Of a DNA stretch of 64,000 nucleotides, positions 39,549 through 50,347 are shown piece by piece (positions within the stretch are counted from its first letter, which is position 1; each line of letters begins with the position of its first letter). The stretch spans positions 1-64,000 of the forward strand of contig JBEKIG010000011.1 in assembly GCA_050011875.1 (NCBI GenBank), given 5' to 3'. The notes beneath the pieces were generated by a model. That model was given only the letters and a program-made list of their open reading frames with translations. It was not told the origin of the DNA and ran no database searches. Both the position numbers and the translations under genes were made by a program. The stretch comes from Nitrososphaeria archaeon. Lineage in GTDB: Archaea > Thermoproteota > Nitrososphaeria > JACIWG01.

Positions 39549-40847
39549 TCAAGTTTTCTCAACGATGAGCTTGAGCTTTTCTATTGACTTTATCCTTACG
39601 GATTCGCCCTTTAAAACGTCTCCTGAAATTGACTTCGCTTTCCAGATTATACCTTCTACTCTTACATCACCTTCGGGGTTTAGATCTGTTATCGCGACAC
39701 CAATCTTTCCCACAACCGACTCCGGTCCTGTCAGCTTACCTCCGCGCCTTAAAGGCCCTATCACCCACCTGGAGTAGAGACCTGCGACTATGCCGATAAC
39801 TATTACCATAAAGATTTCTAGTCCCGTTACTGAAGTAATAGGTGAGGGTGAATAGGGTATTCCGTATGTCAGCAATATTATGCCTAACGCTCCAAGTACT
39901 ACGCCCCCCATAAGCGCGAAACCATGGCCAAGCTTCAATTCGAGGATAATTAGGACGGCGGCAGCTGCTAAGACGACATAGCCGAGTACTGAAGCATCTA
40001 TTACCTCGCCTCCAATGAGACCGGCTATAATCGCCACACCGCCAACTATACTGAGAAGTATGGTGGGATGGTAGACGTCTAAAACAATAGCGACTATCCC
40101 AAGCAGAATCAGTATGCCGTCGAGTGTCGAGTCACTCAGGGCACTGAGGAATTGTTGATACACATTCTCATTAAAGGTGACCTGTGGGCTTCCTGAAAGT
40201 CCAAATATGCTGATCGCTTCGCTTAATGAGCCTGCAAATCCGTTACTCACATGATAACTGAACGCTTGGTCAGCTGAGAACGCCTGGTCATATTGTACCA
40301 TGTTGTAAGCTGCGGTTGTGTTCCTTCCCCATTCCTGAGCCAGGCTGACCAAGAGTTGCAGCATCGCGGCCTGGGTGTGATTCTGCTCCAAGGCAGTGCC
40401 TCCTATCACTTCAGGCGTGCTGGGACCGATCAGGGAACCTGGACCCATCAAAATCTTGTTTGTAGCCATCGCTATATAGCTACCAGCGGACGCTGCTAGG
40501 CCATTTGGTACGACGTAGGTGTAGACCGGTATTCCTGATTGGTTAGCCTCCGTTATATAAGAAATTATGTTGATCATGTCGCTGAGAAGCCCACCTGGAG
40601 TATTCATCACAATAACTATTGCCGAGGCCTTCTGGCTTAAGGCGTAATTAATAGCTCCCTGGACGAAAGCAGATGAGCCCGGGTCAACGGCAACATCAAA
40701 ATTTATTATTACGACAGAGCCTGGAGGGGAATCAGCTGAGACAGTATGGGCACCTGCGAAGCAGTTGACCAACAATAAAAGAAAAAGTAACAGGAACATC
40801 CAATGTAAAGCATTAAACTTATTTAAGGCTCTATATCGTTTTTCCAA
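39549..40847 (-). CDS. nfeD: NfeD family membrane-bound serine protease (ClpP-class)
   Basis: MNTPGGL, AASAGSYI, TM bundle, C-terminal OB-fold (GKIGVA..DL.PEG.VRVEG..WKA); upstream of the SPFH gene. Confidence 0.9.
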   Translation of the reverse strand: MEKRYRALNKFNALHWMFLLLFLLLLVNCFAGAHTVSADSPPGSVVIINFDVAVDPGSSAFVQGAINYALSQKASAIVIVMNTPGGLLSDMINIISYITEANQSGIPVYTYVVPNGLAASAGSYIAMATNKILMGPGSLIGPSTPEVIGGTALEQNHTQAAMLQLLVSLAQEWGRNTTAAYNMVQYDQAFSADQAFSYHVSNGFAGSLSEAISIFGLSGSPQVTFNENVYQQFLSALSDSTLDGILILLGIVAIVLDVYHPTILLSIVGGVAIIAGLIGGEVIDASVLGYVVLAAAAVLIILELKLGHGFALMGGVVLGALGIILLTYGIPYSPSPITSVTGLEIFMVIVIGIVAGLYSRWVIGPLRRGGKLTGPESVVGKIGVAITDLNPEGDVRVEGIIWKAKSISGDVLKGESVRIKSIEKLKLIVEKT

Positions 40848-40970
40848 GGAAACGCACCTTCCTCGGATAAAAACGCTGTGAACCAGCTTGATAAGGTTTT
40901 TGATATCTATTAGATTTTAATCGAAAAAATATTTAAAATGGCAAAGAACGCATCCTCTTAAAGTGAAGAT

Positions 40971-41525
40971 ATGCCTCCACACTGCGATACAATGGATGGG
41001 CCTGTTATCAAAGCGGCCAAAAAGGCGTTGGAAACAGGAAATATTAGTTTTATTCTTCCTTGGGTTCCAAAAAAAGCTGAGGAAGAATTGGAAAGGGCCT
41101 TTACACGAACTTTGTATGTGGGAACATTGAGCAAGGAAGCCGAGGAGCTTGCGGACTATTGGTTCTTCGAGACCGCCGTGCGATTGCACAGGAAGGGGGA
41201 AGGAGCACCCTATACGGGATTGAAACCTGCAGGACTCGATGAAGGTCCAGTTATACCTAAAGCCGAAAAAGCTATAGAACAAGAAAATGCAAAAGAGCTA
41301 ATAGAACTGCTTTCAAACTCTATAAAAGAAGAGCTGCAAAAAAAGTTGACACATACAGTATCTCTGAAGAACTATAAAGAAGATGATATTGATGCTGCTA
41401 GAGAATATGTAGAAGCTATGCTCGATTTCACGTTATATTCCAATAAATTGTATAATTTCATAAAGGGATCAGAAGGACATGAAGTTGAAGGATATGAACA
41501 CAAATCTGAGGATAGGACCCGATAG
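40971..41525 (+). CDS. DUF6448 family protein
   Basis: HCDTMDGPVIKAA..AL, WFFETAVRLHR.GEGAPYTGLKPAG. Confidence 0.8.
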   Translation: MPPHCDTMDGPVIKAAKKALETGNISFILPWVPKKAEEELERAFTRTLYVGTLSKEAEELADYWFFETAVRLHRKGEGAPYTGLKPAGLDEGPVIPKAEKAIEQENAKELIELLSNSIKEELQKKLTHTVSLKNYKEDDIDAAREYVEAMLDFTLYSNKLYNFIKGSEGHEVEGYEHKSEDRTR

Positions 41526-41702
41526 GAAACCGGATCCACAATATCAAGCTCCATTTAATTTAATTCGTATTATCATGTAAAGAATATTTCTAGCAAGCAA
41601 ACATCTAATAGAATTATCACGTTATTTGTCGCATCTATCTCTAAAAAATTCGATTAAACAAAAAGATTTTAAACATGAAAAATAATTTGATTTAGAACAA
41701 GA

Positions 41703-42653
41703 GTGGAATACATTAATTTGGGTAAGAGTGGAATAAAAATTTCTAGGATAGGTTTAGGTGCTTGGCAAGCAAACGTAAAACAATGGGGTCAAGACTTCAC
41801 CGAAGAAGACCTTATGAAAGCTATGAAGAAATCGTATGAGCTTGGTATCAACCTAATCGATACTGCTGAGTCCTATGCTGATGGACATTCTGAGGAAATA
41901 GTTGGTAGAGTGGCAAAGGAAATAGGGCGTGACAATCTTGTCATCGCTACAAAGGTTCATGGAGTGCATTGTCGATACGATGACGTTTTGAGAGCCGCTG
42001 AAAAAAGTCTTAAAAGACTAGATGTGAAAGAAATAGACCTGTATCAGGTTCACTGGCCTGACCCTTGGGAGCAAATTCCATTAAAAGAGACCATGGGCGC
42101 TTTAGAGAAGCTTTTCAAAGAAGGAAAGATCAGAGCTATAGGAGTAAGCAACTTTGCTGTAAGGGACTTAAAAGAAGCCCGAGGCTATCTTTCTACCACA
42201 GACATTGTTTCTAATCAACTAAGATACAATATGATTCAGAGAGAAATAGAGCAGGAAGTTCTAAAATACTGTAAAAGGGAAAAAATGACAGTCATAGCGT
42301 GGAGCCCTCTAGCGCAGGGCATCCTGACAGGAAAATATGATGTAAACAATAAACCTAAAGATTCTGCGAGATCGGATAATAGGCTGTTCTACGATCATAA
42401 CCTTAAAGAAATATCGAAACTGCTTAAGGTTCTCAAAGGGATAGCGGATTCCAAGGGAAAAACAATGGGACAGGTGGCTTTAAACTGGCTTATGAAGGAA
42501 AAAAACGTTGTTCCTATTCCGGGTGCAAAGAATCCAGATCAAGCCGTAGAAAACGCGAACGCTTGTGGCTGGAACCTGAGCAGTCAAGATCTCAAGAACA
42601 TAGATTCTATTCTTAAGACCATCTCTTTAAGCTACTACAAGTATTACGATTAG
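41703..42653 (+). CDS. Aldo/keto reductase
   Basis: IDTAESY, IATK, DLYQVHWP, IGVSNF, WSPLAQG, PIPGAK. Confidence 0.93.
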   Translation: MEYINLGKSGIKISRIGLGAWQANVKQWGQDFTEEDLMKAMKKSYELGINLIDTAESYADGHSEEIVGRVAKEIGRDNLVIATKVHGVHCRYDDVLRAAEKSLKRLDVKEIDLYQVHWPDPWEQIPLKETMGALEKLFKEGKIRAIGVSNFAVRDLKEARGYLSTTDIVSNQLRYNMIQREIEQEVLKYCKREKMTVIAWSPLAQGILTGKYDVNNKPKDSARSDNRLFYDHNLKEISKLLKVLKGIADSKGKTMGQVALNWLMKEKNVVPIPGAKNPDQAVENANACGWNLSSQDLKNIDSILKTISLSYYKYYD

Positions 42654-42787
42654 AGCTTTACCAGATGACATAACCTGTTAGATACACTTTTTTATGCTAA
42701 AGTAGAAGTCGAGTTGCTATCATCTGATCTAGACTTTAAAACCTTAAATTGGATGACGTTACTCCCGTCTATTGGAGGATGTGTTTG

Positions 42788-43762
42788 ATGGTGGGTCTAC
42801 TTGATCCCCTTGAAGTTGGGGAATATATTCTCCCAAATCGTATTGTCATGCCCCCTATGCTTACCAATCTAGCTACTTCATACGGAAACGTGACCGACCG
42901 GCTGGTTGAGCACTACAGCAGACGCGCTGAAATGCTAGGTCTCCTGATAGTTGAAGCTTCATATGTGTCTAAGGGTGCCAATTTAAGCGAAAAACAGTTG
43001 GGAATATTCGATGAAAGTTTAGTCTCAGGTTTACGTAGACTTTTAGAAGCCATACACGGAAAGGGTACACCGGCTATTTTACAGATAATGCATTCCGGTG
43101 CAAAAGCTTACGTTGGTTCGGGAGGACTTCAACCAGTTGCTCCCTCAGCTATCCAATGCGCACGACAACTCAAAGTTAGTGAAATTGAACCGCTGCTTGA
43201 CAGTTTTGCGGAGGCCGCAGAGAGAGCGGTTAAATCAGGGTTTGATGGTGTTGAGGTTCACGGTGCACACGGCTTCTTGGTGAACCAGTTCTTTTCACCT
43301 CTAAGTAACAGACGAAACGACAAATATGGGGGGTCCCTTGAGAATAGGATGAGGTTTCCGATAGAAGTAGTTGAAAGAGTTAAGGAGAAGGCTGGCAAAA
43401 AACTGATACTCTATCGAATAGGTGCTGAAGACCTTAACCCAGACGGCGCAAAAATAGAGGATTCTGTCGAATTGGCTAAGAGACTAGAGCAATCAGGTGT
43501 TGACATAATTGACGTTTCAGGAGGCCTTTGTGGCAGCAGTCCTCCGGAATTACAAAATGTTCAAGGATACTTTATCCCACAAGCTCATAGGATCAAAGGT
43601 GCAGTTAAGGTTCCTGTCATCGGAGTTGGGAACATTAAGGACGCGAAGTATGCCAATAAGCTAGTAGAAGATGGGACAGTAGACCTCGTAGCAATAGGAA
43701 GGGGACTTATTAAAAACCCCCATTGGGCTGCTGAGGCGGTTAAGGCGTTAAAAGATAAATAA
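42788..43762 (+). CDS. NADH:flavin oxidoreductase (Old Yellow Enzyme family)
   Basis: NRIVMPPM, GFDGVEVHGAHGFLVNQF.SP..NRR.DKYGGSLENR.RF, DLVAIGR. Confidence 0.92.
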   Translation: MVGLLDPLEVGEYILPNRIVMPPMLTNLATSYGNVTDRLVEHYSRRAEMLGLLIVEASYVSKGANLSEKQLGIFDESLVSGLRRLLEAIHGKGTPAILQIMHSGAKAYVGSGGLQPVAPSAIQCARQLKVSEIEPLLDSFAEAAERAVKSGFDGVEVHGAHGFLVNQFFSPLSNRRNDKYGGSLENRMRFPIEVVERVKEKAGKKLILYRIGAEDLNPDGAKIEDSVELAKRLEQSGVDIIDVSGGLCGSSPPELQNVQGYFIPQAHRIKGAVKVPVIGVGNIKDAKYANKLVEDGTVDLVAIGRGLIKNPHWAAEAVKALKDK

Positions 43763-43878
43763 TAATTAACAGTATTAGCTGTAGAGAAGCAAAACGGTGG
43801 CCAAAACCTAAATAAAAGATGTTTTAATTTCATTCGGTGAGATAAAGGGTATCCCGATTTCCAGACATTTGGAGGTTT

Positions 43879-44076
43879 CTACTTCGTTTCCGCGCAAGGT
43901 TCTCCTTCTTTACCCCAATTAATCTTTTCAACATCGTATATTATTACTGTGACAGCATCCGGTTTTAGGTCTAAGGTTTTACAGAGCGCCTTTGTCACTT
44001 CTTCTATTATCCTCTTTTTCTGGGCCGCGGTTCTTCCCGCCCACATACTAATTTGAACTAGTGGTATTTTAATCAC
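43879..44076 (-). CDS. 4-oxalocrotonate tautomerase family protein
   Basis: PLVQISMWAGRTAAQKK...V.VII.DV...NWG. Confidence 0.85.
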   Translation of the reverse strand: MIKIPLVQISMWAGRTAAQKKRIIEEVTKALCKTLDLKPDAVTVIIYDVEKINWGKEGEPCAETK

Positions 44077-44449
44077 CTGTCATATGTCTCCATCAACTGA
44101 TATTAATTCTTATACTTCAAAAATCAATGCACATTCAGTCGAATACTTTCTCCACATCTTCTAGCAGTTTGGCAGAACATGTCGAAGAATTCCATATACA
44201 ATGTATACAGAACCTTTCATTTTTACTTAGGCAATATGATTCCATATATAACTACACACATTATTGTAGCATTAGCTATCGGAAAAAAGAGATTTCCTAA
44301 AGAAAATGGTAAACCGTACAAAAGAGAATAACCAATTTAGTCGACCTTTAAAATTACCCCTTTTCCGACTAAACGGCAAAATTAATTATTACAGCATCTA
44401 TATTACGATTCGCCCTAGTCCTTTATTTTATCTCCAGCTATCTCTGCGA

Positions 44450-44788
44450 TTATTTTGATTCGATCCTTATCTCAACCTTTTCGTACCTTAATATCAAAGA
44501 CTTTTTGATCTCTTCGGCTTCAGCCAGGTTCTCCTTCCCATAGACTTCAAAGATCCATTTTGATGTCGAACCCGAATAGAAGTCTTTCGTTGATATCTTA
44601 CCCAAAAAGATGGGCGCTTGCTCCTTCTTCCCAAAAAATCCTTTTACAGGTGGCAATATCTTCAAAATACCTATAATATCACCCCGAGGTTCCTCTATTT
44701 TTTTGCCAAAAGAATCTGTAATCTGATATCCCTTCTCCTTTAGAACTTTAGCTATCCCTACAACCAATGGTTCAGCATAGCCTACCAC
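44450..44788 (-). CDS. Hypothetical protein
   Basis: 112-aa ORF with GGAAGGT upstream of the GTG start; no family recognised. Confidence 0.55.
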   Translation of the reverse strand: MVGYAEPLVVGIAKVLKEKGYQITDSFGKKIEEPRGDIIGILKILPPVKGFFGKKEQAPIFLGKISTKDFYSGSTSKWIFEVYGKENLAEAEEIKKSLILRYEKVEIRIESK

Positions 44789-45005
44789 CGATACCTTCCT
44801 TTAATTATAATGTCAGGAGCATATTTATAAACCTACTCTTATTCCAAAAAGAACACTTAGAAAAACATCCGCTCTAATAAGAACTTCCTATGCCTTTTAT
44901 TATAGGTTGGCTGAATACATTGTCCAGTTTCGGAATAATGAACTTTCCTTTGACGAATGATTCTTAGGGTACGAAAGTAAAACCATCTTTCAGAAATAGG
45001 GGGTA

Positions 45006-45893
45006 TTATAAAAATTTCCTTATCGCATCTGCTATAATAGGTGCAGCGCTGACTAAACCGACAGGGCTTGGGACCGTATCTGATCCTATAATGACTTCAG
45101 CACCTGCATCCAAGATCCTTGCGTGGGAGTCTCCGATGAGCAAGGGATGAGCGCACATTACGATTACTCTGTTTGCTCCGTAGTTTTGAAGGACCTTAAT
45201 CGTTTCAACCATAGTGCCTCCCGTGCTGATGATATCATCGATGACCACGACATTACGATCTTTGACGCTTCGGAGCCTCGTCTTTATCTCAACTTTATCA
45301 GGCCCCAGTCGAACCTTTTCAAGCGTATCGTATTCGCAGTTCAGAATTTCGGATGAAATCTTAGCCCATTGTTCTGCCTCCTCATCGGGCGCTATAACGA
45401 TAGGTTTATCTAATGTGAAGTTCTGTTTAACATACTGAGTCAAAAGGGGAACCACTGACAAGTTGTGAGCTGGAATATTGAACACTTTGGAAATATCGTT
45501 AACTCTATGAAGATGTGTATCGATCGTGAAGAGCTCATCCGTCCCTACGTTTTCTATCAACCTGGTCACCGTCTGGAAGCTTATAGCCTCCCCAGGGTTA
45601 AATCGCCTATCCTGCCTTGCGTATGCAAAATAAGGTATAACACCAATAACTCTCTTAGCCCCAAGATCTTTCAGGGCTTTGACGAGTAGAAAATATTCGA
45701 ATAAGTGCTCATCAGGTACGTGATACATGGACTGTATAACTACTACGGTATCCCCTTTTACATTATCCATTATTCTAACATATTTTTCTCCATCTGGAAA
45801 CTTTTTGGCCTGAAGCTTAGAAACAGCCATGCCAAGCTCTCGACCTACCTTCAGAGAAAGCACGTCTGAGGCCGAACCTCCGATTAGCAGCAT
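45006..45893 (-). CDS. prs: Ribose-phosphate pyrophosphokinase (archaeal class)
   Basis: KFPDGEKYVR, PYFAYARQDR, APD, VIDDIISTGGT PRPP-binding motif. Confidence 0.93.
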   Translation of the reverse strand: MLLIGGSASDVLSLKVGRELGMAVSKLQAKKFPDGEKYVRIMDNVKGDTVVVIQSMYHVPDEHLFEYFLLVKALKDLGAKRVIGVIPYFAYARQDRRFNPGEAISFQTVTRLIENVGTDELFTIDTHLHRVNDISKVFNIPAHNLSVVPLLTQYVKQNFTLDKPIVIAPDEEAEQWAKISSEILNCEYDTLEKVRLGPDKVEIKTRLRSVKDRNVVVIDDIISTGGTMVETIKVLQNYGANRVIVMCAHPLLIGDSHARILDAGAEVIIGSDTVPSPVGLVSAAPIIADAIRKFL

Positions 45894-46067
45894 TAACCAA
45901 TCACAAGGTATTTACCTCTATTAAAATTTTAATTTTAGGTCGTTTAAATTAAGTCCTGCAGGGTAAAATTTACAGTTCAGGGGAAAAAAATATATGTCTA
46001 TTAGCAATAACTATCCAAGAAGATATAAAAGAACAGGCATGTAAACACTTTAGATGAAAAAGTTCGT

Positions 46068-46619
46068 ATGGCTGCTGGAGAAAAAATCTATCTAATTAAA
46101 GGGGATATAACCGATCAAGACACCGATGCTATAGTTAACGCTGCAAATCCCAGTCTTATGGGGGGAGGAGGTGTCGATGGGGCCATACATCGGACGGGAG
46201 GCCCGAAAATATTGGAGGAATGTAAACGAATAAGGGCTAAAGACTGGCCTAACGGTCTTCCGACGGGGAAGACTGTAATCACTTCTGGAGGAAACTTGAA
46301 GGCTAAGTACGTAATTCACACCGTGGGCCCTATATGGTTCGGAGGGAATAGAGATGAGCAAGAGCTTTTAGCCGACGCATATAGAAATTCACTTATGTTG
46401 GCTGTAAATAAGGGACTGAAAACGATATCTTTTCCCTCGATAAGTACAGGAGCGTACGGTTATCCCATTGAAAAAGCAAGTGAAGTTGCTCTAACTGTCG
46501 TGAAGGAGTTTCTTGATGAGCAAAAAAATCTTGGCAAAGTAGCCTTTGTTCTTTTTAGTCAGCAGGATTTCCAAGTCTATAAAGAGACAGCTAGAAGGAT
46601 TCTAGAAAAAAATCCTTAA
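46068..46619 (+). CDS. Macro domain protein (O-acetyl-ADP-ribose deacetylase, YmdB-like)
   Basis: GDIT, AIVNAAN.SLMGGGGVDGAIH, VIHTVGP, FPSISTGAYGYP. Confidence 0.93.
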   Translation: MAAGEKIYLIKGDITDQDTDAIVNAANPSLMGGGGVDGAIHRTGGPKILEECKRIRAKDWPNGLPTGKTVITSGGNLKAKYVIHTVGPIWFGGNRDEQELLADAYRNSLMLAVNKGLKTISFPSISTGAYGYPIEKASEVALTVVKEFLDEQKNLGKVAFVLFSQQDFQVYKETARRILEKNP

Positions 46620-46697
46620 CGCTTATTATTACAGCTTCTTTAGAACAGTCATGACATAATGTTTCGAACATTTTCCAAGGCTTCGTCAACTTGACTT

Positions 46698-47255
46698 TTA
46701 CACATTTTTTAGAGAAACCAGTATTAACCAAATAGAGGTCATGATTATTGATGCCGTCTCTTGTATTGCTACGCCGTGCCAGGGCCACTGTCCAAACCAA
46801 ATAATCGCGCACGTGATTCCAAATACTAGAGATAGGGCTCCTATCTTTGGAGTACCGAGAGGCCACGAGAGAAAGCTATAGACAAGCATCGTAACAACCG
46901 CCGTTAGAAAGAAAATCACCGATACCGTTCCATGAATTCCTCCGGCATCCTCGTTGAACACTCCTATCAGAAATAAACTGATAGAGGATGCAGTAAAAAG
47001 TGGTGTCCACAACAAGAATTTCCAAGAACGTTTAACATATGACAGAAGCAAGTTAAACGAAATCGTGAATAAACCAGCCATCATAACTCCCAGGTTGAAT
47101 ACATATGCGACATAACCATTGCGCGATATGCTGCCAAGGTCGCTCAAGGCGTTATTGTAAATGCTAAACCATGGTGAAAGAACAATGGAAGCTACAATAA
47201 ATAAGTATGGAAAAGTGGCTCCTATGATTCCTATAGCCTTAATCAGTTTAATCAT
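46698..47255 (-). CDS. DUF998 family membrane protein
   Basis: SPWFS...NALSDLG, LIGVF.ED...H..VS..FF. Confidence 0.78.
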   Translation of the reverse strand: MIKLIKAIGIIGATFPYLFIVASIVLSPWFSIYNNALSDLGSISRNGYVAYVFNLGVMMAGLFTISFNLLLSYVKRSWKFLLWTPLFTASSISLFLIGVFNEDAGGIHGTVSVIFFLTAVVTMLVYSFLSWPLGTPKIGALSLVFGITCAIIWFGQWPWHGVAIQETASIIMTSIWLILVSLKNV

Positions 47256-47340
47256 GTGACAGGTAAATGGAAAGACTGATAATTAACTATTATAGTCCCC
47301 CTCTTAGAAATTGACGATTTAGACTTATCATGAACTATTG

Positions 47341-47673
47341 TCATTCTGTAACTGTAGTTTGTGTCTGCTCGGATTTTTGTTCTTTATTTCTGAACAAATA
47401 AATTGATAGAATGACTTCTACAATGATATTTCCAACTGCAAAAAGTGTAGCAGAAACTAAGTTTATGGAAACGATATATAGAATCAGAAGGCTTATCAAG
47501 ATCCACACAAATATAAACTCTATTGCAATTTGGGATACTCCTGTTCTCTTTTGTACGCCTTCTCTACGCTTTTTCCTACTATCAAAAAAAAGAAAGATGC
47601 TAATTAAGATTATGAATATGATACTAAAGGTAATGGTTATTACGTACCAGGTGAATAAGTTAAATTCTATCAT
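47341..47673 (-). CDS. Small three-TM hypothetical protein downstream of mgtA
   Basis: Three hydrophobic segments; starts 13 nt after the mgtA stop. Confidence 0.65.
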   Translation of the reverse strand: MIEFNLFTWYVITITFSIIFIILISIFLFFDSRKKRREGVQKRTGVSQIAIEFIFVWILISLLILYIVSINLVSATLFAVGNIIVEVILSIYLFRNKEQKSEQTQTTVTE

Positions 47674-47686
47674 TTTCTATACACCA

Positions 47687-50275
47687 TTAGAACTTGCATA
47701 TCTTATAAAAGAACACCTTTCCAGCATCCACTAATAAGAGATAGGTAAGAACCATGAGAATTAGGAGAACCCAATAATATGCTGGAACTGCTATAAACCC
47801 AAGGAAACTTCCTAGGAATGTGAATGGAAGTATGGTTCCAAAAGCTACCAAGGATAATGTAAGTATCGTTAGCCATTTTCCAGGACGACTAGTTACAAAT
47901 GGTATACGTCTTGTTCTGATTACAAATATTACTAGGACCTCGGTCCAGAATGATTCTATGAACCATCCACTTTGGAATAGGGGTGCCTTGGCTACAGTTG
48001 AAGCTCCAAATATGAAAAGCATAATGCCGAATGTTAGAAAATCGTAAAGTGAACTAAAGGGACCAAAGAAGAGCGTGAACTTTCTTACGAAGCTGATATC
48101 CCATTTCTTAGGCCATTTGGTGTATTCTTCATCAACATTATCTGTTGGGAGAGTCATGTTCGACATGTCGTAAAGTAGATTCATGAAGAGTATCTGCATA
48201 GGTAGCATCGGAAGGAACGGGAGAAACACTGATGCTGCAGCTACACTAAACATATTTCCAAAGTTTGAACTTGTCCCCATCAAAATGTATTTAGTAGTAT
48301 TTCCAAAGATCTTGCGCCCCTCTTCTATTCCATTAGCAAGTGTTCCTAAATCCTTCTCAAGGAGCACTATGTCTGCTGCGTCCTTTGAGACGTCAACTGC
48401 AGTGTCTACAGAAATGCCCACATCTGCCTCATAGAGAGCTGGAGCGTCGTTAACTCCATCCCCCATAAAACCAACTACGTGACCGTTTTTCTTTAAGGCT
48501 TTAATAACATCCAGCTTCTGTTCAGGAGTGATCCTCGCAAATATCGTAGTCTCTTCTACTAACCCTTGAAATTCAACAGTACTCATCTGTGCTAGCTCTG
48601 AACCATTAACTACTTTATTGACAGAGATCTTAAGGTCCTCACAGACCTTTCTTGCAACAAGTTCGTTGTCTCCGGTTAATATTTTGACCGTAACCCCCAT
48701 CTGTTTTAATTTTTCAATAGATTCATGTGCACTCTCCTTAGGTGGGTCAGTAAATATCAGAAATCCCAAAAAAGTCATATCATTTTCATCCTCAACTGAA
48801 TACAGTTTTTTTTCTTCTATTTGGCGATAAGCGATGGCTACAATACGATATCCCTGTTGTGAAAGATTTAGGAATTTTGCGTTGATAGAATCTATCGCAT
48901 CAGTTATGGACATGTTCTTTTCGATGATGTCAACACTTTTGCATTTTGGAATGATCGATTCTGGAGCCCCTTTTGTTATGAGCATTAAGCCCCCTTCCTT
49001 TCTAACTACAACCGACATCATTCGTCTTTGATAATCGAAAGGAATTTCTTCCACTTTAGAGTATATCTCCAAACCTTTCTGATTGTTGTTCTTTATCGCG
49101 TATTCCCAAATTGAAGCATCTATAGGATTTCCAGTAACTTTCTCTCCAATGATGGCTGTGTTACAAAGTAAGGCGTATGTTAAAATTCTGGGATCCTTAT
49201 CTTCTTCAAGACTATAATAGTCTTTTAAACCGATCTTTCCATCTGTAAGTGTGCCAGTCTTGTCTGTATAAAGAATGTCCATGTTTCCAAAATCTTCAAT
49301 GGACACTAAGCGTTTTACAATGACCTTTAACTTAGCCATATTTCTAGCTCCTTGTGAAAGGCTTATGGTTACTATGGCGGGCATAAGTTCAGGAACTAGC
49401 CCAACTGCAACCGCAAGAGAGAAAAGAAGCGCGTCTACCAGCGGACGACCAACTACTATTAGAGCAGCGAAAATTCCGATGGCCAAGGCAAGGGTTAGAG
49501 TCATAAGCATGGTTCCATATCTCTTAACTCCTCTCTGGAAGTCAGTTTCCGGGTGAGATCTTGTTAAACTCTTAGATATGGACCCTAGTTCGGTGTTTTT
49601 TCCAGTTGAGAAGACAACTCCTAGTCCGCTACCGTGTTCAACTGTGGTGCCCATGAATAGGTAGTTTTTCAATTGCTGTGGTGTAGGATTTTTGATATCA
49701 ATTGGATCCTTTGTTTTTTCGACTGGAAACGATTCTCCAGTAAAGGTTGCTTCGTTAACTTCGAGGCTATTGTATTCAACTATCCTCATGTCTGCTGGAA
49801 CAATATCGCCCACATAGACTGTGACGATGTCCCCTGGAACCAAAAAACTTGAATCGATTTCAGAATTTTTTCCATCCCTTTTAACAACTGCTTTCAGAGA
49901 TACACTTTTCCTGAGGTCGTCAACAATCTTTTCCGCTTTATATTCATTGTAGAAGCCTAAAATAACGCTTATAACAATCATTGAAAGTATAGCTATAGAC
50001 TGATCGAACTCACCAAAGAAGCCCGCTATAACGGCAGCCGCAATCAGAATTGTAAATATTGGATTCTTTAATTGCCTTAAGAACACTTGGATTCTACTAA
50101 AGCCTTGTCTTGGCAGTAGGTTTTGACCATATGTTTTAAGCCGTTTCTGAGCTTCCCGTTGAGATAAACCTTCCAAATTTGTCTCAAGAGCCTTGTAAAC
50201 GTCTATCGGAGGAGATGACCAGTAATCAGTGCGTTTAAGAATAGTTTGGTCCTTCGACATTTTTATATCCTCCAA
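47687..50275 (-). CDS. mgtA: Magnesium-translocating P-type ATPase
   Basis: TGES, PELMP, DKTGT, KGAPE, TGD, GDGVND; SSNFGNMFS and PFLPMLPMQIL typical of MgtA. Confidence 0.9.
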   Translation of the reverse strand: MEDIKMSKDQTILKRTDYWSSPPIDVYKALETNLEGLSQREAQKRLKTYGQNLLPRQGFSRIQVFLRQLKNPIFTILIAAAVIAGFFGEFDQSIAILSMIVISVILGFYNEYKAEKIVDDLRKSVSLKAVVKRDGKNSEIDSSFLVPGDIVTVYVGDIVPADMRIVEYNSLEVNEATFTGESFPVEKTKDPIDIKNPTPQQLKNYLFMGTTVEHGSGLGVVFSTGKNTELGSISKSLTRSHPETDFQRGVKRYGTMLMTLTLALAIGIFAALIVVGRPLVDALLFSLAVAVGLVPELMPAIVTISLSQGARNMAKLKVIVKRLVSIEDFGNMDILYTDKTGTLTDGKIGLKDYYSLEEDKDPRILTYALLCNTAIIGEKVTGNPIDASIWEYAIKNNNQKGLEIYSKVEEIPFDYQRRMMSVVVRKEGGLMLITKGAPESIIPKCKSVDIIEKNMSITDAIDSINAKFLNLSQQGYRIVAIAYRQIEEKKLYSVEDENDMTFLGFLIFTDPPKESAHESIEKLKQMGVTVKILTGDNELVARKVCEDLKISVNKVVNGSELAQMSTVEFQGLVEETTIFARITPEQKLDVIKALKKNGHVVGFMGDGVNDAPALYEADVGISVDTAVDVSKDAADIVLLEKDLGTLANGIEEGRKIFGNTTKYILMGTSSNFGNMFSVAAASVFLPFLPMLPMQILFMNLLYDMSNMTLPTDNVDEEYTKWPKKWDISFVRKFTLFFGPFSSLYDFLTFGIMLFIFGASTVAKAPLFQSGWFIESFWTEVLVIFVIRTRRIPFVTSRPGKWLTILTLSLVAFGTILPFTFLGSFLGFIAVPAYYWVLLILMVLTYLLLVDAGKVFFYKICKF

Positions 50276-50347
50276 TAAGTCTGCTCTAAAGGCCTAGAAA
50301 ATATCGCGATAAAGGTGTTTAGGAAACTTTAATTCGTAGAATTCAGC

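Noticed and set aside
45006-46619. prs plus macrodomain as an ADP-ribose/NAD reconstitution system
   Set aside because: Both look like ordinary housekeeping members, are divergently transcribed, and no NMNAT/NAMPT or Nudix partner is adjacent
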